Shown here one piece after another: positions 50,393 through 64,000 of a DNA stretch of 64,000 nucleotides. The stretch's first letter is position 1, and the number at the start of each line of letters is the position of its first letter. The translations under genes and the position numbers were made by a program. The DNA lies in contig OX597823.1 in NCBI GenBank assembly GCA_951406725.2, positions 89,776,001-89,840,000 of the forward strand, read 5' to 3'. The notes under the pieces are model-generated. The model did not search any database. It was not told the origin of the DNA and saw only the letters and a program-made list of their open reading frames with translations. The stretch is from Octopus vulgaris. Its lineage: Eukaryota.

Positions 50393-52614
50393 TGTGTGTC
50401 TGTGTGTATGTGTGCATCTGCACACATACATATGGGGGTGGGTATGTGTGCATGGGAGTGGGGCCCATGCAGCCATTTCATTTTTTCCATTTTTATATAA
50501 CATTCATCTTCATTCGTTTTATGTTTAATGTCCCTACTGTGGTGTTGTGTCTGTCCTTGTAGTGTCTTCTGTGTTAGTGGCCATGGTGCCAAATAAGGAA
50601 AGAAAAGAATGTGTGTATGGGTGTGCCTACTTGTCATGACATCATACAATGATTGTAAAAGGATTTTGTTTGTTCTGAATCTTCCATGGAAAACATGTCT
50701 GGTCATGGGGAAACATCAGTTTGCTTGGAAACAGGTCAGAGTTGTCAAAAGAAAGGGATTCTGGTTGTAGAAAATCTAACTCAAAAAATTCCATCTGACC
50801 CATGCAAGCATGGAAAAGTGAAGATTAAAACAACGGTAGTGGTGTTGATGATAATGATATGAAGGTGGAACACCTTTGGTCAATGGTCTGCTCAGTAAGA
50901 CTAACCTTGGGCTAAACAACAACAACAAGTCCTGAATAATACACAGCAAAAATTACAAAATTTCTCAATTAATGCTTGATTTTAAATATCTCACAACAAA
51001 ACAAGGCAGCAAGCTGACAAAGTGGTTAGCACACCAGGTAAAATGCTTAGCAGCATTTCATATGTCTTTATGTTCTGAGTTCAAATTCTGCCAAGGTCAA
51101 CTTTACCTTCCATCCTTTTGGGGTTGATAAAATTAGTCGCTGTAATCGACTCATTGCCTCCCCATACTTGCTGGCCTTGGGCCAAAACTTGTAAGCAATA
51201 TGTAACAACAGAACCAACATAAGAGTCTCTGGACAATTTGCTAGAAAAAGCAGCAATATTTCCCTCAAAACACACTTCACTGTTCTATAAATGGGAAGGC
51301 ACATTGGATGACATAATGCTGTCCTAAAATAAAGATGGGAAGGTCAAGGATGGAACAACTTTGGTTATAAGTTTGTTGCATTAGAGCTGAACTAAAAGCT
51401 AAACATCAGCAACAAGACACTTTAGTGTACTCTCTCTCCCTCCCCCCTCTCTCTCTCACCACAATAAGAATTTCCAGCTAGTTTTGAAATGGAAGCACTC
51501 TTATTTAGTCTTAAAGACATTGATTTTGGTTAATCTTAATCTTTTAAGTGTTGTAAGATAAATCTGCTTACAAAAATGTTCCATAACCAATAAATATTAT
51601 TGATCAATTTTCTTTAAACCAAATATAATCTCTCTCTCTCTCTCCCCTGCTTCTTTGCTGCTGGGTTTAGATAGTCTGGTATAAAAGCAAAATTGTGTCA
51701 CTGCTGTATCTGTTTAACACCAAGTTAACCCTGAACAGACAGATCTATGACCAAAATCGCTCCAGTTGTGACCATCACCTCTTTCTTTCAGACATAGTAT
51801 ATCTAGAACTACGCTTATCCAGTATTTTCTTGGCCCCCACATTTTTAACTAAAAAAAAAAAAAAAATTTGAGCGAGGTCATTGCCAGTGCCACTGGACTG
51901 GCTCCTGTGCAGGTGGCACGTACAAAAACACCATTTGAGCATGGCCATTACCAGTACCGCTTGACTGGCACTCGTGCCGGTGGCATGTAAAAGCACCCAC
52001 TACACTCTTGGAGTCGTTGGCATTAGGAAGGGCATCTAGCTGTAGAAACTCAGCCAGATCAGATTGGAGCCTAATGCAGCCATACTCAGTCAAATCGTCC
52101 GACCCATGCTAGCATGGAAAGCGGATGTTAAATTATAATGATGATGATGATGAATTGGCAGTATTTTAAAAATAGATTTGGTTGCTATTTTTAGCAACAC
52201 AAGCCACCACTTAAAGGTTACCACTGTTTTCTTTTTAACCTTATGAGGCTTAAATATTCACAACAGGAACATGATTCAAATGATTCTAAAGAATCAATCT
52301 TTTCTGACAACAATCACAATCATCAGCAGTGATGATGCTGTTGTTGTTGTTCTTCTTCTTCCAATTAGGACTCATGCCATTAGCCACAAAGAATAATCTC
52401 TAATTCAAGCCTACTCTAAGCTACTAAGAATGTGTGTGGCAACTTGAAGATCCACCCTCCACACGTGATAGACTGGCGGTTGCATGGGCGCGAAAGCTAC
52501 GTTGTTATCCTCATTCCGTAAACGGTGGCTTTTAATGGGTGGAGAGCTGAACCACTTTGAGGTACAGAGGATTCGCAATCTAGACTAGCATCTGAAAGTT
52601 TACCACACCATAGT

Positions 52615-52845
52615 GGGCTACACCATGGTTCCTCTGCTTTGTGGCAGAAGTAGGAAGAAAGAGTGAGGGAAAGTTGTGGTGAAAGAGTACAGCGAGTTTC
52701 ACCCCCACCCCTCATCTTGCCGAAGCCTCGTGGAGCTTAGGTGTTTTTGCTCAATAAACACTCACAAAGCCCGGTCTGGGAATCGAAACCGCGTTCTTAC
52801 GACTGCAAGTCCGCTGCCCTAACCACTGGGCCATTGCGCCTCCAC
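52615..52845 (-). mobile_element. SINE with well-preserved tRNA-like head; other tRNA-headed SINEs at ~57490-57815 and ~62826-63065
   Basis: Minus strand ggcgcaatggcccagtggttagggcagcggact...ggtttcgattccc (A and B boxes) without a full cloverleaf. Confidence 0.65.
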
Positions 52846-53181
52846 TGATGCAGTTGTTGGCCTTTGACACTCACATCAGCATTGTCATTATTGTCACCAT
52901 GTCTTTGTCCACTTGTCCCATGCTGGTCTGAATTGGATGAGGACTTGCTGAGGAAGTCTTCTCTGGCCAGATGTGCTTCCTGTTGCCAACTTTTACTTGT
53001 TTCTCAAGTATGAATGCCTATGACCAGAATGATGAAATGGCAATGACTACCTTGGTAGAATTTGAACTTTGAATGTAAAGATCAAAACATTTTATTCAAT
53101 GCTTTAACAATTCTGTCAATCTAGGAAAATCAATAAATAATAATTCTGTCAATGTAGGAAAATAATAATTTTGGTTCTCAC

Positions 53182-53345
53182 GTAATTATGATGGCATTTT
53201 CAATAGAAAATGTGTCAGTTGGTAGACCATTGATATTCCATTCACGGATCTTCACTGCTTCTCCCAGAGTGTGTACCAAAGAGAAATCATCAGAACAAGG
53301 GAGTCCACTTTCTTTGATTTCTTTCACCCAGAAATGGATTTGATC
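53182..53345 (-). CDS. DNAH7: Dynein heavy chain exon 6
   Basis: DQIHFWVKEI...FSLVHTLGEAVKIREWNINGLPTDTFSIENAIII. Confidence 0.95.
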
Positions 53346-54689
53346 CTGAAGACACACACACACACAAAAAAAGAAAACAAAATAGATAAAAATAAAAAAT
53401 GAAGAAACTACAGTGAGCAAGACAAAATTAATTAAAACAAAAGAATAAAAACACAAGAATTATTTTCATTCTCAAATCTATCACTGCTGTTATCAATGAC
53501 CCAATCAACAAACCAACAAAAGAGCCTCTATATGGTCACTCAATCTACAAGAAATAACAGCCAAATCTCCTGCACATCACATACTAGCATTAAAATAAAA
53601 GATGTGACACACTGGATGGTTATGGTTAAATGCATATTGATTATCGGTTGTCTACTTAAGTAGCACAAACTTGAGGCCCTACCACATCAACATCCCTATA
53701 ATCATCATTACCATCATCATCACAATCACTACTATCATATTGAGGCTATTACCAATATTATCTTCCTCATAAACCACTTTTGTTAGTTTCAAAAGTTCAA
53801 CAAAATTTATCTCAATTTTCTTCTAAGCCTAAAAAGTAAATTCTTTGTGCAATTAATTCTTAATTTCTTGAAATTATCTCCCCCTATCCTTTGAGAGCTA
53901 CAAACAATTACTCTCAGGTTTTTCTTTCCTTCTACAATCAAAAATCCTATTGAAAATTTTTTTTGAATACCTCATTCAGTGGATCAATACCCACCTGAAT
54001 TATCTGCATTCCTGTCATGGGGCCCACTTAATTCCTTTATCTTATGTTTTGTAACTTATGTAAATTATACTGACCAGTGAAGGCACATATCCTAGTGGTT
54101 AGGGAATTTCAATGACAATGCATTGGTCAGCTGGAGGATGCAGTCATAATTGTGCTTATGCGTAGATGTTTAGGAGTGAAAAATAAAATGAGAACTGCTC
54201 CCATTCCCTGAAGCAATTAGCAATTAGCAATTAATTTTACTACTTCACTGAGATTACATCATCCTCATTTAACATCCATTTTCTGTGTTGGCATAGGTTG
54301 GATGGCTAGACCAAATCGGGAAGTTGCATTAACTTTCTGTCTGATTTGGCTTGGTATCTTTGGCTTGATGCCCTTCCTAACAACCAATAACTTTGCAGTG
54401 TGTGCTGGGTGCTTTTAACATGCCACCAGGACAAGTGCATTTATGTGACACTAGTATGAGTGCCTTCTATGTGGCCCTGGCACAGGCATGAGTGCTTATC
54501 ATGTGGCACTGGCACAAGTGGTTTTTATGAGGCACTAACACAGTACATACAATGGAATTAAGATTTAGTCAATGATCATAAACACTATTGTTCTCTGTAT
54601 GCGAACGCTCTTTCTTCAGAGGTTCACAAACAAATCAGTTATGTTTAGATTCTAACATAAGGTGTATCAGTGAAAACATGATTACTTAC

Positions 54690-54804
54690 AAGTCTATAAG
54701 CTGACGTGAAGGCTCCCAAGTAAGCAACGACACCAGCTGATATCAAAACATCACCTGTTAGGTTTGTATACTGGACAGCAAGACTCTCAGCAGCGACATT
54801 CCAT
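54690..54804 (-). CDS. DNAH7: Dynein heavy chain exon 5
   Basis: WNVAAESLAVQYTNLTGDVLISAGVVAYLGAFTSAYRL; translated by hand. Confidence 0.94.
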
Positions 54805-54989
54805 CTGAAATAGTTACCTTATATGAATAACACTGATGTAAGTGCTAAAAACACTATCAAACCATCTCTCCCACTCAGTACGGGCAAACAAAAAAAAACA
54901 AAACAAATACACACATAAACAATTGTAACATCAACAGCCTTAGTAGTTCTATCCACCCCCAAAGAAACTTTTGTGCACAACATCAATAA

Positions 54990-55354
54990 TCTCTCTATAT
55001 ATAAAGCTGAAGTTGTCTGTGTATGGCAGGTTTGGTAGCCTTCAACTAACACTATATCTTCCGAGACCCTGCGGCGCAAGTTGACCAAAATTGAGAGTAT
55101 GATAGAAGAAGGCTTGCTCTTCATTCCGTAGAAGAAAAAAATTCAAATTGGACCATGTTAACACCAAAAATTATTTACATCAAAAAGGTGCTTTTTTTTC
55201 TATGAAAATCCCTATTTTTTACGATTTTTTGACTGCTGTGCCACTATTTTTCGGTGTATTTCAACCAGAATAACCAGAATAAGAGAATAACAAGCTACAT
55301 AATGCAAAATTTTTACTTTTCAAAAATTCCAATTCTAAAGGGTGGTACTGCTAG
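54990..55354 (+). mobile_element. Non-autonomous Helitron-like element
   Basis: A|TC...tatatataaagctgaagttgt 5' end and tactgCTAG|T 3' end shared with 23266-23571. Confidence 0.6.
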
Positions 55355-56711
55355 TTCTTTATAATTCTTTCTAATTGTGGCACAAGGTCTGCAATTATGA
55401 GGGGAAGGGGAAGCTGATTACATCAATCCCTGTGCTGAACAAGTATTTTATTGACCCTGAAAGGATGAAAGGCAAAGTTTATCTCAGTAGTATTTGAACT
55501 CAAACAGTAAAGAGCAAGTAAAAATGTCTCTAAGCATTTTGTCCAGTGTGGTAATGATTTTGCTAGCTCATCACCTTTAATAACACCAAAAATAAGAGTA
55601 GAGGAACATCAAGTGCTGAGTTTTATCAGATTGAGTCCTTCATCCTCATGCATGTACCTCTGTTGTGGCCACCGCTAGAATTAACAGACATTGAGATATA
55701 AACTGGACAAGTGAGGTGAGGAGTACAGCATGCCAAGGTGGTTGCACTGCACCTCAGAAGACTTTTGCATTGCATGTTGGAACATGCATCACTGCATACT
55801 AGCAATTGAAAAGACAGAGAGAGGAAAAAGATAGCATGGCTGTGGGCCAGAGGCTGGCGTGTGTTGATACACAAAGAAATACCAACTACAATAGCATACC
55901 TATCACCAAAGTTATGAAATTAATTCGGTGAAAGAACCTAAATATTTTACAGGCAGTGAGAGATATAAAATGGTTGGAATTAAGAGCATTGATATCTATC
56001 AAATGCCTTCTTTATATTCCAGGATAAAAGAGGAAAGTAACACCTCAGTTTTCACCCTTTATGACCTAATTGCAATTAAATAAGGAAGGGAAGGAGGGGC
56101 AGCCAGGAATGTAGCACAAATTAATCCAAAGACCCAATGATGTGACATTACCATCACAGCAACCCACTACCACCACCACAGCTGCCACTTTCTCATCCAT
56201 CATCTCTCCCATGATCATAATTTCCTCTGCTCTTTGTCAAAGTCCTCATCATTTCTCTTTTGAGTTTCCTGTTAGTCATACATCTTTTTTATTCTAATAG
56301 CTTCTTTCCTTGAACTGCCGCTCTCCGGAACTCATTGCCATCATCTTTTCCCTTGATCTATGATATTCAGTCCTTTAAACTTTGAATGTATAGGCCCTTT
56401 CTTTTCCTTCTTTATAGTCCCTTACACCATAGCAGCCTCAAGCCTTGTTTGGGACAAACTGTATAAAAAAAAAGCATATCCAGCTGCTCTATTCAATAAC
56501 TTCATAATATCTTTACTGTTTTGGCTAACATCACCCATTAATCAGCTTTCATTTACCAGTTCTTTACATTTTATGTAAAAGCTAAAATTTTCCAAACGGT
56601 ACAAACTCAGTTTCTACAACACACATGCAAGTATGCATGCACACACAAACACAAACCTGAAGTCAAGTTCAAAATAATTGTTAAATTATAAACTCCATTC
56701 ATAAGCATTAC

Positions 56712-56963
56712 CTATCTTTCTCTCCTCCCAGGCCACCAATCAACTGCTCTGCTCTTTCCAGCTTTTTTGTGCACAAATCTACTTGGTTTTCCAAGTCTGC
56801 TTTCTTCTGTTTATTACTTTCCATTTGTTGGTTTAACTTATCGAGTCTGTCCTGTACAGCTTTTAATGAAGCCCTCTTTTTATCCAAAGATTCTTTAGCA
56901 ATTCTAAGCTCTTCTTCAGCTTTCTTAAGCGTTTCTATTTTGGGAGCAACTTCTTTGATAACT
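56712..56963 (-). CDS. DNAH7: Dynein heavy chain exon 4 (stalk CC2)
   Basis: VIKEVAPKIETLKKAEEEL...LCTKKLERAEQLIGGLGGEKDR. Confidence 0.95.
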
Positions 56964-58868
56964 CTGCAGAAAAAGAAGAAAGCAGTTAAATAAAAAAATG
57001 AGAACTCAACAATATTCTTTTCTGCTCTAGGCCTGAAATTTTGGGGGAGTGTGTGTGTGTGTGTGTGGGGGGGGCAGTCAATTAGATTGACCCCAGTACG
57101 CAACTGGTACTCAATTTATCAACTCCGAAAAGAATGAAAGGCAAAGTCAACCTCGGCAGAATTTGAACTCAGAACATAAAGACAGATGAAGTACCTATTT
57201 CTTTACTACCCACAAGGGGCTAAACACAGAGAGGACAAACAAGGACAGACAAATGGATTAAGTCGATTATATCGACCCCAGTGCGTAACTGGTACTTATT
57301 TAATCGACCCCAAAAGGATGAAAGGCAAAGTCGACCTCGGCAGAATTTGAACTCAGAATGTAGCAGCAGATGAAATACAGCTACGCATTTCACCTGGCAT
57401 GCTAACGCTTCTGTCAGCTTGCCGCCTTTGAGCTCAAAACAATATTAATCTGCACATAGTATTTATTTGAACTGTATTTAATCCTTTGGTACATGGCTCA
57501 GTGGTTAGAGTGTTGAGCTTACGATCATGAGGTTGTGAGTTCAAATCCCGGACCAGGCTGCATGTTGTGTTCTTGAGCAAGACACTTTATTTCATGTTGC
57601 CCCAGTTCACTCAGCAGTAGAAATTAGTTGCTGCATCACAGGCGCCAAGCTGTATTGGCCTTTGCCTTTCCCTTGGATAACACTGGTGGCATGGAGAGGG
57701 AAACCCGGTATGTATGGGCGACTGCTGGTCTTCCATAAACAAACTTGCCCAGACTTGTGTCTGGAAGGGTAACTTTCTAGGTGCAATCTGATGGTCAGTC
57801 ATGACCGAAGGGGGGTCTCACTTAATCCTTTTAACACAAACCCACCTGACACCTACCCTGGATCTATAATACAAACTCCCTGTTTTAAAAGGATTTAAAT
57901 TAAAACCGTCTACTAAAATTTCATGTTAATCTATGTTCTAAACACCAGCTTAATAATGAAAAAGTTATTTTACAAAATTCTTTGTTATTTTCAAAATTAA
58001 TTAAAACAATGGCAATGTATTCTAGCAAAAATACCATGACAAATGGATTAATCCTTCTAATGCTAATCTGCCTAAATCCACTCCTGGTTAATGATCCTGT
58101 TTTAAAGCATTCAGGCATGGCTATGACATTAAGAAGTTTGCTTCCCAGTCATATGGTTTCAGGTTTTGTCCAACAACATGACATCTTGGGGCAAGTGTCT
58201 TCTACTATAGTCCTGGGATGATCAAAGCCTTGTGGTGGTAATGGTGGTATCTTTCAGTTATTTTCATGTCTTTTTCACCAAATATATATTTTCTTAGATT
58301 ATAATAAACGACCTGTCACAAATAACTCATGCTAGATTTATCAATTTTTTTCTTCTATATAACTCAGTCACAAGAAAGTGGGAGTAGCATCCCTGTTCTT
58401 TATGCCTTCAAAACTTGTAGGAGAGGATGAGGATGATGTAAGAAACCATACTGGAGTAGAAAGTAGCAAATTACAAAATCAAAACCCGTTTTGACTGCTT
58501 GCTATCAAAGGAAACTCCCCTAAAGGCACCCAAGGATTAAGTGGTGGTATTGGATTGGGTTAAGGCGGTGAGCTGGCAGAAATGTTAGCACGCTGAGCGA
58601 AATGCTTAGCGGTATTTCATCTGCTGTTACGTTCTAAGTTCAAATTCCGCCAAGGTCCACTTTACCTTTCATCCTTTTGGGGTTGATTAAATAAGTACCA
58701 GTTACGCACTGGGGTCGATATAATCGACAATCCGTTTGTCTGTCCTTGTTCTGTTCGTCCCCTTTGTGTTTAGCCCCTTGTGAGTAGTAAAGAAATAGGT
58801 ATTGGATTGGGTGATAGATGAAATCTTTTACCCAAACTACATCACAAATTTCAAATCAAATCACTTAC

Positions 58869-59011
58869 TTGTCATATGTATCCATGGCTCGAATCCATTT
58901 ACAAAGACCCTCACAAGCTGTTGAGGCAACTTTGATTTTTTCAGGATCAAAATCTGGGTTTGCAATATACTTGCTCCGGATTGTCTTCATGATTGCTGGA
59001 CTAATGTTATC
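58869..59011 (-). CDS. DNAH7: Dynein heavy chain exon 3 (MTBD)
   Basis: DNISPAIMKTIRSKYIANPDFDPEKIKVASTACEGLCKWIRAMDTYDK. Confidence 0.95.
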
Positions 59012-60836
59012 CTAAAGCAAAGAAAATCACATCAGATAACATTTGAATTTTAAGCTTCTTGTTTAATACTTATAAATACCAAACTGTGTACTTACTCTCA
59101 GCAGAGTTTTCTAGCATTTTCTCTATTTTAATCAAATATTTAATCTTCTACTTCTAAGAAAGAAGATTTGATTCACGCAGGAGTGGCTGTGTGGTAAGTA
59201 GCTTGCTTACCAACCACATAGTTCCAGGTTCAGTCCCACTGCGTGGCACCTTGGGCAAGTGTCTTCTACTATAGCTTTGGGCCGACCAAAGCCTTGTGAG
59301 TGGATTTGGTAGACAGAAACTGAAAGAAGCCCATCGTATATATGTATATGTGTGTTTATGTGTCTGTGTTTGTCCCCCACAACATTGCTTGACAATTGAT
59401 GCTGTTGTGTTTACGTCCCCGTAACTTAGCGGTTCAGTAAATAAGTACTAGGCTTACAAAGAATAAGTCCTGGGATCATTTTGTTTTACAAAAGGTGGTG
59501 CTCCAGCATGGCCGCAGTCAAATGACTGAAACAAGTAAAAGAGAGTAAAAGCGCAAGTAAAAGAGTATCTATCATTGCCATCATTTTAATGTCCCCTTTT
59601 CCATGCTTGTGTGAGTCAGATGGAATTCACTGGGGCAGACTTTCTGCAGCCAAATATCCTTCCTGTCGCCAATTCTCACCTGTTTCCAAGCACTGTAATA
59701 TTAGCCCCTTCTTCCTTTTCTCTTTTTATTTTTCTGCTTTCTTTTCTTTTTCACCCTCTTTTCTTTTCTTCATTTTCTTTTTTCTTTACCTTTTGTTTCT
59801 CCTGTGTAGTATGTGTGTGTGTGTGTGTGTGAGTGTGCATGCATGCACACACATGCACAATGCTCATAAATTCCATAATTTCTTTCAGGTGTAACATAGT
59901 TGAAGATCCTCTGCACCCACAGATATAACTCAGAGTAGCCAGAGACTAGCTGGATAAAAATTTAAATATTACTAATCTTTACTATGGTACTGTGTACCAT
60001 TTCTTCTGACAGTAAACACTAAATGGGTATGTGAGGGAGTACTGAAAAGTTCCTGATTTTAAGGGTGTTGTGAAAGGCCTGGTTGGAGGTCATACCCTCT
60101 CAGTTTCTTTACAGGGCTTAGAAAAACTAGAAAACCACTGCAATAAATGTGTGAATCTGAGAGGAGAATATATTTGATAAAATCATAATTAACTGATCCT
60201 CCTGTATTTTCTTTTATCCAAAGCCAGGAATTTTTCAATATACTCTTGTGTGTAAATATGTGTGTGTGTGTGTGTGTGCATGCATGCGTGTGTGTGTATA
60301 TTTATATATATGGGTCGTCTGTAGAGATGAGGTTAACAGTCCATAAAATATCATGAGCTTATAAACAACAAGCCCAAAACATTTCTCCAGAAAGAAAAGT
60401 GTTTGGAACATTGGTTCTTTCATCCCTCAATTGAAAATTAGCTCATTTGGCAAATTGTTAAAGCATTGGACAGGCTGCCTTAGGTTATTTGCTCAAATTT
60501 TATGAAATTCATGTTTAAATCTGGCTTCTTCTGTCTGGAGTTGTGACTGACAATAGTATCAGCAATTTGGAAAAATACAAATGGAAACCGAGATTTCTCA
60601 GTTCAATCAGAAATTGACTGCCTCCACCATCAAGAGACATCATGGATTAACTTTTGTTGAAACAGATGTTGTTGTGGCCTTGAAATCTGGTTTTTACCTT
60701 ATTTAGACATTGCATTTTTTTGGTCATTATCATTTGTTCTTTGAAATTTTTCAAAACATTGTCAAAAGAAATCTAAATCTAAACTAAAACAAGAAAAATG
60801 GAAAAATCTGATTAAATAAAGTTGATAATTAATTAC

Positions 60837-61040
60837 CTTATTAAACGTGTGAAGACTTTCCAGAAACTTCATATCTCCTAGAACACGTTTTGATGGTGGC
60901 CAATAGTCTTCTATTTTCTTACCAGATCCAGAAGGGTCAGGAACTCTATCAGGTTTTATTCCTTTAATGACACAGACAGCTTCCATTACCAGACGTACCA
61001 GCCAAGGTGGATTGTTCATGGATTTTACCAGAGTAATATC
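60837..61040 (-). CDS. DNAH7: Dynein heavy chain exon 2 (MTBD with axonemal flap)
   Basis: DITLVKSMNNPPWLVRLVMEAVCVIKGIKPDRVPDPSGSGKKIEDYWPPSKRVLGDMKFLESLHTFNK. Confidence 0.95.
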
Positions 61041-61928
61041 CTGAGAAGAAATTGAAGAATTTTTTAACACCATAGGATTCATATTTTAATCACCATCATC
61101 ATTATCTTTTAACATCCATTGACAAGAACTAGTAAGGCCAGAGGCTGCACCAGATTTTATAGTTTTGGCTTGGCTTCTAAAGCTGGATGCCCTTCCAAAT
61201 GCCAATAACTTTACAAAGTGTACTGGATGCTTTTTACATGGCACCAGCACCAGTGCTTTTTACATGGCACCATCACGCAGGAGTGGCTGTGTGGTAAGTA
61301 AGTGCAGGAGTGGCTGTCTGGTAAGTAACTTGCTTACCAACCACATGGTTCCCAGTTCAGTCCCACTGTGTGGCACCTTGGGCAAGTGTCTTCTACTATA
61401 GCCTCGGGCCGACCAAAGCCTTGTGAGTGGATTTGGTAGATGGAAACTGAAAAGAAGCCCATCGTATATATGTATAGGTATATATATATATAAGCGTGTG
61501 TATTTGTGTGTCTGTGTTTGTCCCCCCAACATCGCTTGACAACCGATGCTGGTGTGATTACATCCCCATAACTTAGCGGTTTGGCAAAACAGACCGATAG
61601 AATGAGTACTATGCTTACAAAGAATAAGTCCAGGGGTCGATTTGCTCGACTAAAGGTGGTGCTCCAGCATGGTCGCAGTCAAATGACTGAAACAAGTAAA
61701 AGAGTAAAAAGAGAGAGAGAGAGTAATACTTTTTACATGGCACCATCACCAATGTATTTTGTGTGGTACCAACACCAATTCTTCTTTTTTTTTTTACAGT
61801 AGTAGTTAAATGTTTTAGCCATGGACATGTTACACATCAAAGACAAAATACAAACTGCCATCATCTCAGCTCATTGTTAAGCACCCTACTGATAAGATTA
61901 ATTGCAAAGAAAGTAATGGCATGTTTAC

Positions 61929-62069
61929 CTGTGGAGTTAGTGTATCCAGGGCAGCTAGAGCTTGGTTTAATGCAGGCATGGCTTTAGCGAGATCATTGTT
62001 GCATTCATCTTTAATGCCTTTAGCATTAATAGCATGTTCATTAGCTACAACTTCATCTGCTTTCACAAT
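61929..62069 (-). CDS. DNAH7: Dynein heavy chain exon 1 in window (stalk CC1); gene continues beyond the right edge
   Basis: IVKADEVVANEHAINAKGIKDECNNDLAKAMPALNQALAALDTLTPQ. Confidence 0.94.
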
Positions 62070-62445
62070 CTGAAAAATATTAATAAGAATCATTTTTATT
62101 TTCTCTTTATCACAGGTTTTGTTGGAACTCCTGGAGTCTTGCACGCATAGTGAACTTATTACCTATTTCTTTACTACCCACAAGGGGCTAAACACAGAGG
62201 GGACAAACAAGGACAGGCAAATGGATCAAGTCGATTACATCGACCCCAGTGCGTAACTGGTACTTAATTTATCGACCCCGAAAGGATGAAAGGCAAAGTC
62301 GACCTCAGCGGAATTTGAACTCAAGAACGTGACGGCAGACGAAATACGGTTACACATTTCGCCCGGCGTGCTAACGCTTCTGCTAGCTCGCCGCCTTTAG
62401 TGAGCTTATTACCTGCAGCCTACAGCACCATGCTATTCGTTCTTT

Positions 62446-62775
62446 TCAGCTATCTGATACTTCCCTGATTATTCTGGCCGTACCAAAGAGGCAAACCTTT
62501 TCTAACAGTTCTACAGGGTACTCTATTCCATTTTCCATTATATTCCTCTTGATGTCTTCTGATACTGTTCCCAAGAACCCAACAATAATTGGCACTATCT
62601 TCACCTTCTTCATTTTCCATACTCGGACTATTTCGTACTTAAGAGGGTTGTATCTATCGATCTTTGCACCTTCCTTCTTGACTATTCGTGGGTCACAGGG
62701 GCATGCAATGTCAACTATATAACATATGTGGTGCACCTTGTCTACCACCAATAGATCTAGTCTGTTATGCTCTGT
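62446..62775 (-). mobile_element. R4/Dong-like non-LTR retrotransposon 3' fragment (restriction-like endonuclease)
   Basis: EHNRLDLLVVDK...IVDIACP.D.....E..KIDRY..LKYEI.RVW...VPIIVGFLG...GTARIIR; abuts an (AAT)n run. Confidence 0.75.
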
Positions 62776-62777
62776 TG

Positions 62778-62817
<40 letters not shown>

Positions 62818-64000
62818 CATTCTGTGGACATGCATGGCTTAGTGGTTAGGGTGTCAGCATCATGATCGTAAGATTGTGGTTTCGATTCCTGGACCGAGCG
62901 ACGCGTTGTGTTCTTGAGCAAAACACTTTATTTCACATTGCTCCAGTCCACTCAGCTAGCAAAAATGGGTAGCGCTGTGATGGACTGGCATCCCGTCCAG
63001 CTGGGGAACACATACACCATAGAAACCAGGAAACCGGGACCATGAGCCTGGCTAGGCTTTAAAATGGCGCATTTATTTTTTAATTATCATTCCAGCCTTG
63101 TGCCTATAGTAGAAAGGATCATTATAATTATTATTATTATTATTATTCACATCCTTCCAAGTTCAACTTTCTCATTCATCTTTTTCAAGTCAATAAGATA
63201 AAATACCAGTCAAGTACTTGCCAGGTTTGAAAAAATAAAAAAATAGGTACTTGGGTAAGAATGGAAGACAAAGTTGACATTACAACACTTTACTCTCCCA
63301 GCCTAAAACTTCTACACCACTACAAGTTTAATAAAATCTAAATATATTTGAGAAGTAAGATAATTTGCTAATTCCAAAGGGTCAAAGTTCATGAAAATTG
63401 AAAAATTTCACATCTTTTTTCTTTTATTCATTTCAGTCATTAGTCTACGACCATGCTGGAGTACCATCTTGAATTTTAGTCAAACAAATCAACCCAAGTA
63501 CTTATTTTTTATTTTTTCAGACCTGGCACTTATTCTATCGTTCTCTTTTGTGTCAAGCCACCAGGTTACAGGGATGTAAACACACCAACACATGTCATCA
63601 AGTGGTGGAGGGGAACAAATTCAAATACACACACACACACACATACAATGGACCTCTATCAGTTTCTCTCTACCAAATCCACTCACAAGGCTTTGGTCAG
63701 GCTGAGTTTATAGTAAAAGACACTTGCCCAAGGTTCCATGCAGTGGGACTAAATCCAGAACTATGTGGCTGGGAAGCAGACTTCTTACCACACAGCCACA
63801 ACTGTGCCTATATAAACAATTCCAACAAAAGCAAAGACCTTTTTTTTATTTTTATATACCCCAGGTATTTCAGATTGTAACATTTGAAAATGATGAAATT
63901 TTAAAATTTTGACAAATTAAGAATTTATGAATTCCTAACAAAATTCTGATAAATGTTTTCACACATCAAACCAGCAATCTTCTATATAGTCATACAATCT

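Overview
AT-rich, repeat-dense animal genomic DNA; the SINE and microsatellite content suggests an octopus (inference). The window holds the last 24 coding exons (about 1361 aa: stalk, MTBD, AAA5, AAA6, C-terminal domain) of a minus-strand axonemal dynein heavy chain most like DNAH7. It converges on a plus-strand FKBP/TPR gene (FKBPL-like, single coding exon) driven from a compact housekeeping-type promoter at the left edge. Introns carry tRNA-derived SINEs, mariner remnants and MITEs, piggyBac-type MITEs, non-autonomous Helitrons, RTE, HERO-like and R4/Dong-like LINE fragments, a Penelope GIY-YIG fragment and a tRNA-Ser(UGA) pseudogene. The main unexplained signal is a set of minimal type-I hammerhead ribozyme (HHR) motifs from several unrelated sequence families, mostly beside (TA)n tracts. 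They include a 328-nt-period, terminally redundant retrozyme-like unit with an intact HHR, and foldback elements with an HHR on each strand. One dynein exon also runs straight into a ~650-bp trinucleotide array and ~18 conserved codons are missing. All folds and exon boundaries were read by eye.
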